NCBI GenBank assembly: GCA_027625315.1
Contig: JAQBWE010000003.1
Coordinates: 1 to 36,728 of the forward strand
Length of the DNA: 36,728 bases
From: Planctomycetota bacterium
GTDB lineage: Bacteria; Planctomycetota; PLA2; JAEUHO01
Direction of reading: 5' to 3'
Of this stretch, positions 8,664 through 17,157 are shown in pieces. A model generated the notes under the pieces. The model made no database searches and was not told the origin of the DNA. It was given only the letters and a program-made list of their open reading frames with translations. Position numbers and translations under genes: made by a program. The stretch's first letter is position 1; every line of letters starts with the position of its first letter.

Positions 8664-9800
8664 TCAGGGCCTCAGAAGGACCAGGGCCCCAGCTTGGCCC
8701 AGCAGGCCAGCGGAGAGCACGAGGGCACCGGATCCGGGCTCAAGGCTGGCCAGCGCGAGGGCGGCCTCGACGGCGTCGGCCGCCAGGCCGCAATGCCCCA
8801 GCTGGTCCTTGTACGCGCTCCGGCCTACGCCACAGGTCGCGGGCAGCCCATCCAGAGTCCGCTCGAGGTCAGACTGGCCTGCCCCGGGAACGACCACCAC
8901 CGCCAGGTCCTCAGCGACGGCTCCAGCCTCCGCGAGCGCGGCCTCCGCGGCCGAACACAGAGCCAGGGTGGACGGCGCTAGGGAACCGCCCCGCGGCGCA
9001 ACCGTCCGCCCCGCAGAGCCAACCACCACACCGCGGATCAGCGCCCCGCGGGCGAGGGCCTCTGCGCGCCGTTCGAGCACGAATGCCGCGGCACCATCAC
9101 CGGGCGCGAAGGTAAGCCCATGAGCCTGGAGCTCCGCGCGGGCCACTCCCGACGTGGGGCGGGCGGCGCCGAGCACGACCGCGGCGTCAAGTCGCCGCGA
9201 CCGAACGCTACGTACCGCCATGTCGAAACAGGTCCATGTGGGTCCTGCGTAGCCTGCGACGGAGGTGTTCGCACCGCGCAGGCCGTATCCGGTAGCTAGG
9301 AAACTGAACGCATTGTTCTTCAGGCTCTCGAGCATGAAGAACGGCTTGACGTGTCGCGCGGCGGCGCGGTTCAAAACCTGCGCATCGATGTCGGCGTCGA
9401 GATCCTCGGTGGCCGCGCGGAACGCGTTGTGGAACTCAGGGCAACTCCAGTCGTAGCTATCCATCTGGGCTAGGTACAGGCCGCGGCGCGCATCCGGATA
9501 GGGGCTGGCGAGCAAGTTCGACGCTGCCACCGCCTCGGCACAGGCGTCGGCGGCAAGCCGACCCGCGCCGTTGAGGAACTTGATTTGCGGCTCGAGCTCC
9601 TCTGGGACCTTTGAGCGCAAGAGGGGTTCCGCGATGACGGCCGCGCGCGCCATCCCTGACCTAGGCGAGGCGTCGCCCTGCGCCGTAACCGCGCTGCGGC
9701 CCGTCAAGATCGCCGCGTGGCTGCTGGCTAGATCATGGCCAAGCGCCGTCACGCAACCCACGCCGGTGATCACGACGTCGTCGTCTCCGAGCGTTCTCAT
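8664..9800 (-). CDS. Non-catalytic ketosynthase-like protein (chain-length-factor-like)
   Basis: KS fold (VVITGVGCVTALG, GLRGANTS, PGDGAAAFVLE, KDQLGH), but the catalytic Cys position reads VAGYAG and the first His reads VVPGAG. Confidence 0.85.
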   Translation of the reverse strand: MRTLGDDDVVITGVGCVTALGHDLASSHAAILTGRSAVTAQGDASPRSGMARAAVIAEPLLRSKVPEELEPQIKFLNGAGRLAADACAEAVAASNLLASPYPDARRGLYLAQMDSYDWSCPEFHNAFRAATEDLDADIDAQVLNRAAARHVKPFFMLESLKNNAFSFLATGYGLRGANTSVAGYAGPTWTCFDMAVRSVRSRRLDAAVVLGAARPTSGVARAELQAHGLTFAPGDGAAAFVLERRAEALARGALIRGVVVGSAGRTVAPRGGSLAPSTLALCSAAEAALAEAGAVAEDLAVVVVPGAGQSDLERTLDGLPATCGVGRSAYKDQLGHCGLAADAVEAALALASLEPGSGALVLSAGLLGQAGALVLLRP

Positions 9801-10246
9801 GCGCTCGCCCCGCGCAGGACGGCAAAGGCCGCGCGTGCGCGCGCACCGGATTCGAGGCCTTCCAGGGGAATCACGCGCGCTTCAAACTCAATAGCGGCCC
9901 CGCGCTGACCATCCTGGCTGGTTTCGGCGCGGTAGGCGCGTCGCTCTGGGTCGTCGAGCGGCAGGCGCTCGAGGCGAATGTCCACACGATCCCCGGGGAT
10001 GGCGAACTTGTAGTAGCGAGCGCTGCGCACGTGATCGAGCAGCACCCAGTGTGCGAAGTCTGAAGACGCCGCCTCGAGCCAGCCGGCCAGCTGCGCGCAC
10101 GCCTCAAGGATCAACATGCCAGGCAGAATGGGGCGCTCGGGAAAATGCCACTCGAGGTAGTCCTCGCTCATGGCCACAGTCTTGAAGCCCTCGATACTCG
10201 TGTCGGGCGTCAGCGCCACGATGCGGTCAACGAGCAGAAATCTCAC
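9797..10246 (-). CDS. FabZ/FabA-like 3-hydroxyacyl-ACP dehydratase
   Basis: MRFLLVDRI; HFPERPILPGMLILEACAQ with catalytic His and Glu. Confidence 0.9.
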   Translation of the reverse strand: MRFLLVDRIVALTPDTSIEGFKTVAMSEDYLEWHFPERPILPGMLILEACAQLAGWLEAASSDFAHWVLLDHVRSARYYKFAIPGDRVDIRLERLPLDDPERRAYRAETSQDGQRGAAIEFEARVIPLEGLESGARARAAFAVLRGASA

Positions 10247-10650
10247 GATGCCTCCTTCGTGACCATGATGACCGACGCCAGCGCGTGGTCTCCATCGTGG
10301 GTGAGCGAAACTGTGGAGTCGGCGACTCCTAGCCGCTGGGCGTGCTCCGCGGGCTTGCCGTGCAGGGTTAGATGGGGGGCCGTCCCGCGGCGCACAACTT
10401 CGATGTCTTTCAGCTTGGGATCCACACCAGTAGGGGAGATCCCCAGGCCGAGCGCTTTTAGTGCGGCCTCCTTGGCGGCGAACCGCGCGGCGTAGTGCGG
10501 GACAGGGTTCGGAAGCCGATCGCAGTAAGCACGCTCAGCATCCGTAAACAGGCGCGCGGTGAGCTCGGGCTGGCGCGCGAGCAGGTCCGCGAACTTAGGC
10601 ACGTAGACCAAGTCGATTCCGTGGCGGAGGCGGGTGTGTGTCGTACTCAT
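10243..10650 (-). CDS. acpS: Holo-ACP synthase (4'-phosphopantetheinyl transferase)
   Basis: GIDLV, LFTDAERAYC, AARFAAKEAALKALG, VSLTHD. Confidence 0.95.
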   Translation of the reverse strand: MSTTHTRLRHGIDLVYVPKFADLLARQPELTARLFTDAERAYCDRLPNPVPHYAARFAAKEAALKALGLGISPTGVDPKLKDIEVVRRGTAPHLTLHGKPAEHAQRLGVADSTVSLTHDGDHALASVIMVTKEAS

Positions 10651-11402
10651 GCGATCGACAGTCCGCCGTCCACGACCAAGGCTTGGCCTGTGATGTACGC
10701 CGCCGCTTCAGATGCGAGGAAGGCGACGAGGCACGCCACGTCCTCGGGCTGCCCAAACCGTGCCTGGGGGATCTGCGCAAGCACTGTGTCGCCCGCGCGC
10801 CGCTGGATCACCTGGGTCATGTCCGTCTCGATAAAGCCGGGGAGGACGGCGTTCACGCGCACGCCCCGATCCGCGACCTCCAAGGCCGCAGCGCGGGTAA
10901 GTCCGAGCACGCCCGCCTTCGCCGCCGCGTAGTTGGCCTGACCGCGTCCACCGCGTAGGGCCTGGATTGACGCCAGATTCACGATGCTGCCCTTGCGGGC
11001 GCGCATCATGCTCCGGAGTGCCAAGCGCGTCGTGCGCATGAGTCCAGTGAGGTTGACGTCGATCACACGCTGCCAGTCGGCGTCGCGCATCGTGACAAGC
11101 AGCCCGTCCTTCACGACGCCCGCGTTGTTGATCAGAATGTCCAGATCGCCGTGCTGCTTGAGCACACCAGCGAAGAGCGCCTCTGTGCTCTCGGCGTCAC
11201 CGATGTCGCCCTGGACGGCCACCGCGTGACCTCCGGCGTCGAGGATCGACTTCGTTACGGCGTGCGCCTCTGCTTCGGAGGATCGGTAGTTCACGATGAC
11301 GTGCGCACCGCTCGCGCCGAGGCGACGCGCGATGGCCGCGCCGATACCGCGACCCGCACCCGTGACGAGGGCGACCTTGCCGCCTAGATCTACGCGAATC
11401 AT
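10647..11402 (-). CDS. fabG: 3-oxoacyl-ACP reductase (SDR)
   Basis: TGAGRGIG, NNAG, GQANYAAAKAG (YxxxK), PGFIETDMT. Confidence 0.92.
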   Translation of the reverse strand: MIRVDLGGKVALVTGAGRGIGAAIARRLGASGAHVIVNYRSSEAEAHAVTKSILDAGGHAVAVQGDIGDAESTEALFAGVLKQHGDLDILINNAGVVKDGLLVTMRDADWQRVIDVNLTGLMRTTRLALRSMMRARKGSIVNLASIQALRGGRGQANYAAAKAGVLGLTRAAALEVADRGVRVNAVLPGFIETDMTQVIQRRAGDTVLAQIPQARFGQPEDVACLVAFLASEAAAYITGQALVVDGGLSIA

Positions 11403-12694
11403 GCGTCCTCCTCTGCGGTGTACTTCTTCACCACGATGCAGGCGTTCTGACCGCCGAATGCGAAACTGTTGTTGAGGGCCGCGCGCACGGGCAACGCGCG
11501 ACCGCGGCCCGGGACCAAGTCGACATCGCAGCCCCGGTCGGGATGCTCGAGATTGGCCGTCGGCGGTACGGCATCCTCCTGGACAGCCTTCACACAGCAG
11601 CAGAACGCGACGCCAGCCGCGGCCGAGAGTAGATGCCCGAAGGCGCCCTTGCTGCTCGACACGGCGACGGTCGCGGCGTGCTCACCCAGCACGGCCTTGA
11701 TGGCCGTGATCTCGGCCGGGTCGTTGCGCTTCGTGCCGGTGCCGTGAGCGTTCACGAAGGCGACGTCGGCGGGGGAGACGGCGCCGTCCTCTAGGGCGTA
11801 CCGCATGGCCTCCTCTGCGCCGCGTCCGTCCGGCGGCGGGGCCGTCGTGCGAAAGGCATCCAGAGAGGCGCCGTAGCCCGCGACTTCCGCCAGGATGGTC
11901 GCCCCGCGAGCGCGCGCATGGTCGAGGGACTCCAAGACGACGACACCCGCTCCCTCGCCCATCACGAGGCCGGAACGCCGGCGATCAAACGGCCGGCAGG
12001 CCGAAGCGGGATCGTCATCGTCCACCTGCGCGGAAGCGCCCAGGAGAACGAAGAAGACCATTCCGAGCGGGTTGATCTGTGAATCGGAGCCGCCCGCCAG
12101 CACCCAATCGGTCTCGCCCGATCGCACGCTCCGCCACGCCATACCAAGCGCTTGGTTCGAGGCAGAGCAAGCCGTGGTGACCGCGTGGACGGGACCGCCG
12201 ATGCCGTAACGCGACGCGACGCAGGCGGCGGGCTGCTCCGCGGGCGCCCGCAGGATCGACTCCTGCTCAAGGTCCTTCAGCTGCCCGGCGAAGCGCACGG
12301 CGTCGAAGCGGCCGTCGGCATCCAGACAGCGCGCCACATCCTCAATCCGACTCGCCCCAGGTCCAGCACCGAGCATCACGCCGGCCCGAGGATGGTTCCC
12401 GGCCTCGAGTCCGGCGTGGGCGAGCGCTCGCCTTGAGGCCGCCAGCGCGAAGAGCGTGCGGGGGTCGACGAGGCGGGCCGCGTCGGGGCCCGCGCCCTCC
12501 GCTGCTTCCGCCCGCAGTGCGGCCACGACCTCGGGGGCGATCTCTCCGACGGCGCGGGTGGGCGGCCCATGCGGACCGAGCCGCTGCGGCGCAGCGACGC
12601 CGCGCTCGCCGGCCAACAAACGCTTCCACGCGGCGTCGATGTCACACCCCAAGGGCGTCACAATCCCCAGACCCGTGACCACGACGCGGCGCAT
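11399..12694 (-). CDS. Beta-ketoacyl-ACP synthase (FabF-like), catalytically intact
   Basis: Start ATG 12694 (MRRVVVTGLG) overlaps the upstream TGA. Cys-His-His triad: TACSAS, NAHGTGT, GHLLSAA; NSFAFGGQN. Confidence 0.93.
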   Translation of the reverse strand: MRRVVVTGLGIVTPLGCDIDAAWKRLLAGERGVAAPQRLGPHGPPTRAVGEIAPEVVAALRAEAAEGAGPDAARLVDPRTLFALAASRRALAHAGLEAGNHPRAGVMLGAGPGASRIEDVARCLDADGRFDAVRFAGQLKDLEQESILRAPAEQPAACVASRYGIGGPVHAVTTACSASNQALGMAWRSVRSGETDWVLAGGSDSQINPLGMVFFVLLGASAQVDDDDPASACRPFDRRRSGLVMGEGAGVVVLESLDHARARGATILAEVAGYGASLDAFRTTAPPPDGRGAEEAMRYALEDGAVSPADVAFVNAHGTGTKRNDPAEITAIKAVLGEHAATVAVSSSKGAFGHLLSAAAGVAFCCCVKAVQEDAVPPTANLEHPDRGCDVDLVPGRGRALPVRAALNNSFAFGGQNACIVVKKYTAEEDA

Positions 12695-13131
12695 CACGGC
12701 GTGCCGCCGTAGTACCGGAAGCGCTCGCGCATGACGTCGGGCTCTGGCGCGGGCACATGGGCGTACAGGATCCGCCCCGCGCTCGCCACGCGCACGCCGT
12801 CTACCTCGCAGTACGCACTGGCCATGGAGCCCTTCGGATTGGTTCCCCGCAGCTCGCCGACGATCTTCAGGGTTGTCCCCGGAGCCAAGTCCGCGGGCAG
12901 GGCAACATCTTCCAAGACGGAGAGTACGAGCGACACACCGTAGTTGTGACCGGCAATGGCCGTCCACGCGGTGAGCTGCAGCATGCTCTCAAGGACGAGC
13001 GAAGCGGGGTAGAGCGCCCGGCGCGGGAAGTGCTCCTTGAGCGCCTCGTCGGCCAGGGTGATGCACTTCACGCCCTCGATGCGACGCCCGGGCTCGAAGT
13101 GTGTGACGCGGTCGAAGAGCAGGAATCTCAT
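12694..13131 (-). CDS. Second FabZ-like dehydratase
   Basis: MRFLLFDRV; EHFPRRALYPASLVLESMLQ hot-dog motif. Confidence 0.85.
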   Translation of the reverse strand: MRFLLFDRVTHFEPGRRIEGVKCITLADEALKEHFPRRALYPASLVLESMLQLTAWTAIAGHNYGVSLVLSVLEDVALPADLAPGTTLKIVGELRGTNPKGSMASAYCEVDGVRVASAGRILYAHVPAPEPDVMRERFRYYGGTP

Positions 13132-14219
13132 GCGACCTCCACCAGCAAGGCCGCGGTGCCACCGCGCGAGCCACTTGCGAGAATGAGCGCGCAGCCGGGC
13201 TCGGCACGCAGCGCTACCTGCGCAAGTGCGAGATCGATCGCCGGCGCGGCCGTGCCGGCGTGCCCCAGGTGGCGCTTGGTGTGCACGGCGCGCGCGCCCG
13301 CGAGCCCCTGCGCGGCGACCGCGGCAAGCTCCTCGTCGTCATCGGCTCCGTGATGGAAGACGAACCGACACGACGACGCGCTGCGCTGACCCTCCGCGAG
13401 CGCCGCGATCATGGCGCGGCTCATGGCCGCGGCGTCGGGGCCTTGGCCGGAACGCGGGCCGAACGCACTGCCGCCTCCAAGGATGCGCAGCGTGCCGACG
13501 ACATCCGACTCGTGACGGACGAGCGCGCAGGCCCCAGCGCCTTCGGCGGGGGCCACACCTAGCAGTTGGCCCTCCAGCGCGAGTCGAGCCAGGGTGGCGG
13601 GCGTGATGCGACCCGAGGCGCCCCCCGCGAGGGCCGCATCGCAGTCACCCCGCGCCACACTCCGCGCGGCCTCAAGTAGCGCGCGCAGTCCTGCATCCGC
13701 GTCGGCGGACAGTACGAGGTTGTCGCCGCGAATATCGAGATCGATGGCGACCTGGCCGACGGCCACATTGCCGAGCATCGAGAGGGGCCAGAGCGGGTGC
13801 ACGGAACGGTAGCCCCCCGCGAAGAACGCGGAGAGCGAGAAGGCTCCGGTGGCGTCGCGCGAAGCCTGCGCGGCAGCTGCGAGATCGTGGACGGCGGCAT
13901 CGACCATGCCCATACCGACAAACAGCCCGACGCGCTCGCGCGGCACGGTCGCCAAACCGCCTGCGCTGTGCGCGGCGCGGCTGACGGCCTCGAACAAACG
14001 ACCGTGCGGGCCTAGGATGCGCAGCGCCGGGTCGTCCTCCGCATCCTCAGGCTCGTGCCACACCTGCGCCGCGCTGGGCGCTCCGAACCCGGAGGCATCG
14101 AAGCCCTCGATCGGGGCGAGGGCGGTGGCACCCGAGACGACGCGCTGCCAAACTTCGCGGGGATCGTCCCCGAGCGCTGTGCGCAGTGCAGTGGCGGTGA
14201 CGGCAACGTCCAGGGCCAC
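13128..14219 (-). CDS. Second non-catalytic ketosynthase-like protein (CLF-like)
   Basis: KS fold (HPLWPLSMLGN, IRGDNL, PAEGAGA, KRHLGHAG), but the Cys site reads LSADADAG. Confidence 0.85.
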   Translation of the reverse strand: MALDVAVTATALRTALGDDPREVWQRVVSGATALAPIEGFDASGFGAPSAAQVWHEPEDAEDDPALRILGPHGRLFEAVSRAAHSAGGLATVPRERVGLFVGMGMVDAAVHDLAAAAQASRDATGAFSLSAFFAGGYRSVHPLWPLSMLGNVAVGQVAIDLDIRGDNLVLSADADAGLRALLEAARSVARGDCDAALAGGASGRITPATLARLALEGQLLGVAPAEGAGACALVRHESDVVGTLRILGGGSAFGPRSGQGPDAAAMSRAMIAALAEGQRSASSCRFVFHHGADDDEELAAVAAQGLAGARAVHTKRHLGHAGTAAPAIDLALAQVALRAEPGCALILASGSRGGTAALLVEVA

Positions 14220-14318
14220 GCTAGCCGACTCGCTTCAGGCTGGGGCCGACGTATCGGCTGTGAAGTCCCACAAGGCGTCGGACCGCGGGTTCCTGCCGGC
14301 GCCTCGGAGCCATGGGGG

Positions 14319-15605
14319 CTACTTCCCTCCGGCAAGGGCGCGGGCGGCGGAGCCCAAGCAAACGCACGCGTTCTGGCCGCCGAAGCCGAAGGAGTTGGAG
14401 AGCGCGACATGGTGCTCGCGAGCGCGCGCCGCGTTGGGAACGTAGTCCAAATCGCAGCGCCGATCGGGCGCCTCCTGATTGATCGTCGGCAGCAACATGC
14501 CCGCCTGCATTCCCTTGAGCGTCAAGATGGCTTCAATCGCGCCCGCGGCACCGATGGTGTGGCCGATCATGGACTTGTTCGATGAAATGGGCACCTCGGC
14601 CGCGCGGTCACCGAACACGCGCTTGCACGCCATGGTCTCGGTCGGATCGTTGATGGGGGTGGACGTGCCGTGGGCGTTGACGTACTCGACGTCGGCCGGC
14701 GTCAGCCCGGCGTCGTCAATCGCGGCGCGCATGGCTCGTACGGCGCCGTCGGCCTCCGGGTGCATATCCGTGATGCGGTAGCCGTCGGCCGAGTCACCGT
14801 ACCCAAGGATCTCACCGAGGATCGGGCGTCCGCGAGCGAGCGCATGCTCGCGCGTCTCAAGCACGAGGATCCCGGCTCCTTCCCCGATCACGAAGCCGTT
14901 GCGACGGCGATCAAATGGCCGCGAGGCCTGCTCGGGCGAGGGATAGCGGCGCGAGAGGGCTCCGAGAATGGCGAAGCCGAGGTAGTAGGAGAACGACAGA
15001 AGCGGCTCTCCGCCGCCGGCGATGACGACATCGGCGCGACCCTCGCGCAGCAAGCGCAAACCCTCGCCCATTGCTTGCGAGCCCGCCGCGCACGCCGAGA
15101 CGATCGGAAACACAGGGCCCTGTGCGTCCAACAGATGAGCGAGCAGAGTCGGCGCGGTCTCGGGTGAGCGCGTGGTGAACTCGGAGGCGTCAAAGCGCGG
15201 ATCCGCACGGAGCGCGTCGACGTTCACTTGCCCATCTTCGCGCGCGTGGCGAGTCATGAGTTGAATCACGTCGCGATCCGGCACGCGCCCGTGGCCGCCA
15301 ATGGCGACGGCGATACGCTCGCGATCGGTGACCTCGTCCAATGCGGCCGTTCGCAAGGCCTCAGCCGCTGCGTGGCGGAGCAGGCGCAACTCCGTACCCC
15401 CGACCGCGTCAGAGGGATGCGCGGGAATCAGCCGGTCGACATCGATCTGAGCGCCGATGTCACAGGGCAGCCCTGTTGCGTCGAACCGCGTGAGGTGACG
15501 GACGCCCGAGCGTCCAGCCCGCATCGCCTCGAACGTCTCGTCGACGCTCGCTCCGAGGGCTGTGATCATCCCCCAACCGGTTACGACGACGCGGCGATCA
15601 GGCAT
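14319..15605 (-). CDS. Beta-ketoacyl-ACP synthase (FabF-like), catalytically intact
   Basis: MPDRRVVVTGWG; SACAAG, NAHGTST, GHTIGAAG, SNSFGFGGQN; ATG 15605 overlaps the end of the ACP gene. Confidence 0.94.
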   Translation of the reverse strand: MPDRRVVVTGWGMITALGASVDETFEAMRAGRSGVRHLTRFDATGLPCDIGAQIDVDRLIPAHPSDAVGGTELRLLRHAAAEALRTAALDEVTDRERIAVAIGGHGRVPDRDVIQLMTRHAREDGQVNVDALRADPRFDASEFTTRSPETAPTLLAHLLDAQGPVFPIVSACAAGSQAMGEGLRLLREGRADVVIAGGGEPLLSFSYYLGFAILGALSRRYPSPEQASRPFDRRRNGFVIGEGAGILVLETREHALARGRPILGEILGYGDSADGYRITDMHPEADGAVRAMRAAIDDAGLTPADVEYVNAHGTSTPINDPTETMACKRVFGDRAAEVPISSNKSMIGHTIGAAGAIEAILTLKGMQAGMLLPTINQEAPDRRCDLDYVPNAARAREHHVALSNSFGFGGQNACVCLGSAARALAGGK

Positions 15606-16167
15606 TGGCAAAGAGCTGCTTCTCGCGCTGCATATCGTGGATCCAGCGCTTGGTCAGCTCGTCGCCGTCGGGGTACTCCGCGTCCTTGCCACACCCCCCG
15701 CAGGCGACCTTGGTGCTGTCGTCGCTCTTCCACGAGGCGGCGCTGCACGCCGGACAGGCGTCGGGAAGATGGGCGATGATCTTCTCGACGGCGGTCGCGA
15801 TGGAACCTGGCGTGACGACGGCCGGCACCTCATCGGCGTATATGCCGGCCTTGATGCTCTCAGCCTCCGGGAACTGCTCGCGCAGCAGAGCGGCGGCGCC
15901 GGCGGTGATCTTGTTGTCACGGTCGATGGCGGTGCCCTCGCCGAGTTCCTCCTCAACGTGATCCAGCAGGAGCTGGCTTGCGAGGCGGATGCCGAAGACC
16001 TGCTCGAGCCGGAAATTGATGTCGAGGAAGTCGATCGAGGTGGCGCCCAGGTCGTTGATGATCGACTGCTCCATGCCGATGCCGTTCGCATCGATCCGCA
16101 GCGTCGTCGCCAGGGCAGCGCGGACCTCCTGGTCGATACGCTCGCGCGTCACAAGGGAATTGGCCAT
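15598..16167 (-). CDS. Extended acyl carrier protein with C-terminal CxxC-x14-CxxC putative zinc ribbon
   Basis: DLGATSIDFLDINFRLEQVFGI (Ser44 phosphopantetheine site); 189 aa; CPAC (138-141) and CGGC (156-159); GGAGG RBS. Confidence 0.88.
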   Translation of the reverse strand: MANSLVTRERIDQEVRAALATTLRIDANGIGMEQSIINDLGATSIDFLDINFRLEQVFGIRLASQLLLDHVEEELGEGTAIDRDNKITAGAAALLREQFPEAESIKAGIYADEVPAVVTPGSIATAVEKIIAHLPDACPACSAASWKSDDSTKVACGGCGKDAEYPDGDELTKRWIHDMQREKQLFANA

Positions 16168-16196
16168 CTCGTGTTCGCCTCCGGTTTGTAGGGTTC

Positions 16197-16225
16197 GGTG
16201 TACCCCGTTGTGCGCCCATTCGCAA
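16197..16225 (-). promoter_or_regulatory. Possible internal sigma70-type promoter for the ACP-KS operon
   Basis: TTGCGA-N17-TACACC on the minus strand in the gap upstream of the ACP gene; the -10 element is imperfect. Confidence 0.35.
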
Positions 16226-16301
16226 AATCGGGGTCGGGGGATTCTCCCCGCTGGCCGGGTCGCGGCTGCACCCGCGTACGCACGGCCACGGGATCACAGG
16301 C

Positions 16302-17066
16302 TCACGGGGATCGCAGGATCCTGTTGGAGAGACCGCGGTCGACGATGAGCGTCTGCCCCCCGATGGCGCGCGCTTCGTCCGAGCACAGGAAGGCGGTCAC
16401 GTCGGCGACCTCCTCCGGCGTGACGTAGGCCTCTTCTGGCAGCGCGGCCAGCTCGGGCCACAGTCGCCGCAGGGTCTTGTAGCTGTCGGTCTTGACGAGG
16501 CCGGCGCAGACCGCGTTGGCCTCGATTCCCTGAGGCCGCAGCTCTTCAGACCACTGGCGCACCATGGCCTCCATCGCGGCCTTGATGGGTCCGAGCGGGT
16601 ACTGCGCGTTCATGTAGCGCGAGCCGAGGCTGGAGATGAACACGATGCGGCCCCCGCCGCGTTCAAGCAGGGGCAGGGCCTTCTGCACACAGAACAAATG
16701 GCCCAGCAAGTTGGTATCGACCAGGAGTCGCAGATCGCGCTCTAGCAGCCGCGTGGTGTCCTTGAACGGCGCCCGAGCCGCGTTCAGGATCAAGAAATCA
16801 AGGCCTCCGAGACCGGCCTCGATCTGCTCAACGGCCGCCGCGACCTCGTCCTTGCGGGCGATGTCGGCCGCGACGCAGACGGCACGCCGACCGAGTCCTC
16901 GGATCTCATCGGCGAGTTCCTCGGCCAAGCGCCGCGACGGTCCGTCGGCCGAACGACCGTGCAGGGCTAGGTCGGCCCCGTCGCGAGCGAGGCGCAGGGC
17001 GATGGCCCGACCGATGCCGCGCGTGCTACCCGTGACCCAGGCGATCTTCCCGTCGAAGCGTTGCAT
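16302..17066 (-). CDS. SDR oxidoreductase, FabL-like enoyl-ACP reductase
   Basis: Start MQRFDGKIAWVTGSTRGIG (ATG 17066). NAA motif and ISSLGSRY...YPLGPIKAAMEAMVR resemble FabL (ISSLGSIRY...YTTVGVSKAALEALTR) more than FabG. Confidence 0.78.
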   Translation of the reverse strand: MQRFDGKIAWVTGSTRGIGRAIALRLARDGADLALHGRSADGPSRRLAEELADEIRGLGRRAVCVAADIARKDEVAAAVEQIEAGLGGLDFLILNAARAPFKDTTRLLERDLRLLVDTNLLGHLFCVQKALPLLERGGGRIVFISSLGSRYMNAQYPLGPIKAAMEAMVRQWSEELRPQGIEANAVCAGLVKTDSYKTLRRLWPELAALPEEAYVTPEEVADVTAFLCSDEARAIGGQTLIVDRGLSNRILRSP

Positions 17067-17157
17067 GGCGGAAGGATAGCGCACGGTTCGAATATGGAGG
17101 TCGCTCGTCCTACCCCTCCCTACCATCCGGGGCTCGCAGTCTCGGGAGCCGCACGGC

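Noticed and set aside
11399-12967. Extended starts given by the ORF track (12967 for KS, 17375 for SDR, 906, 30663, 31999)
   Set aside because: They overlap neighbouring genes; family N-termini and RBS positions support the internal starts used above.
14220-14318. Structured RNA in the gap between the KS and KS-like genes (GCCGA-TACG-TCGGC hairpin)
   Set aside because: Only short stems expected by chance at this GC content; no recognisable family.
8664-17066. Ladderane or aryl polyene cluster
   Set aside because: No radical SAM/B12 enzymes or desaturase-like genes (ladderane candidates), and no acyl-CoA ligase, acyl/glycosyltransferase or exporter typical of aryl polyene clusters in the window.
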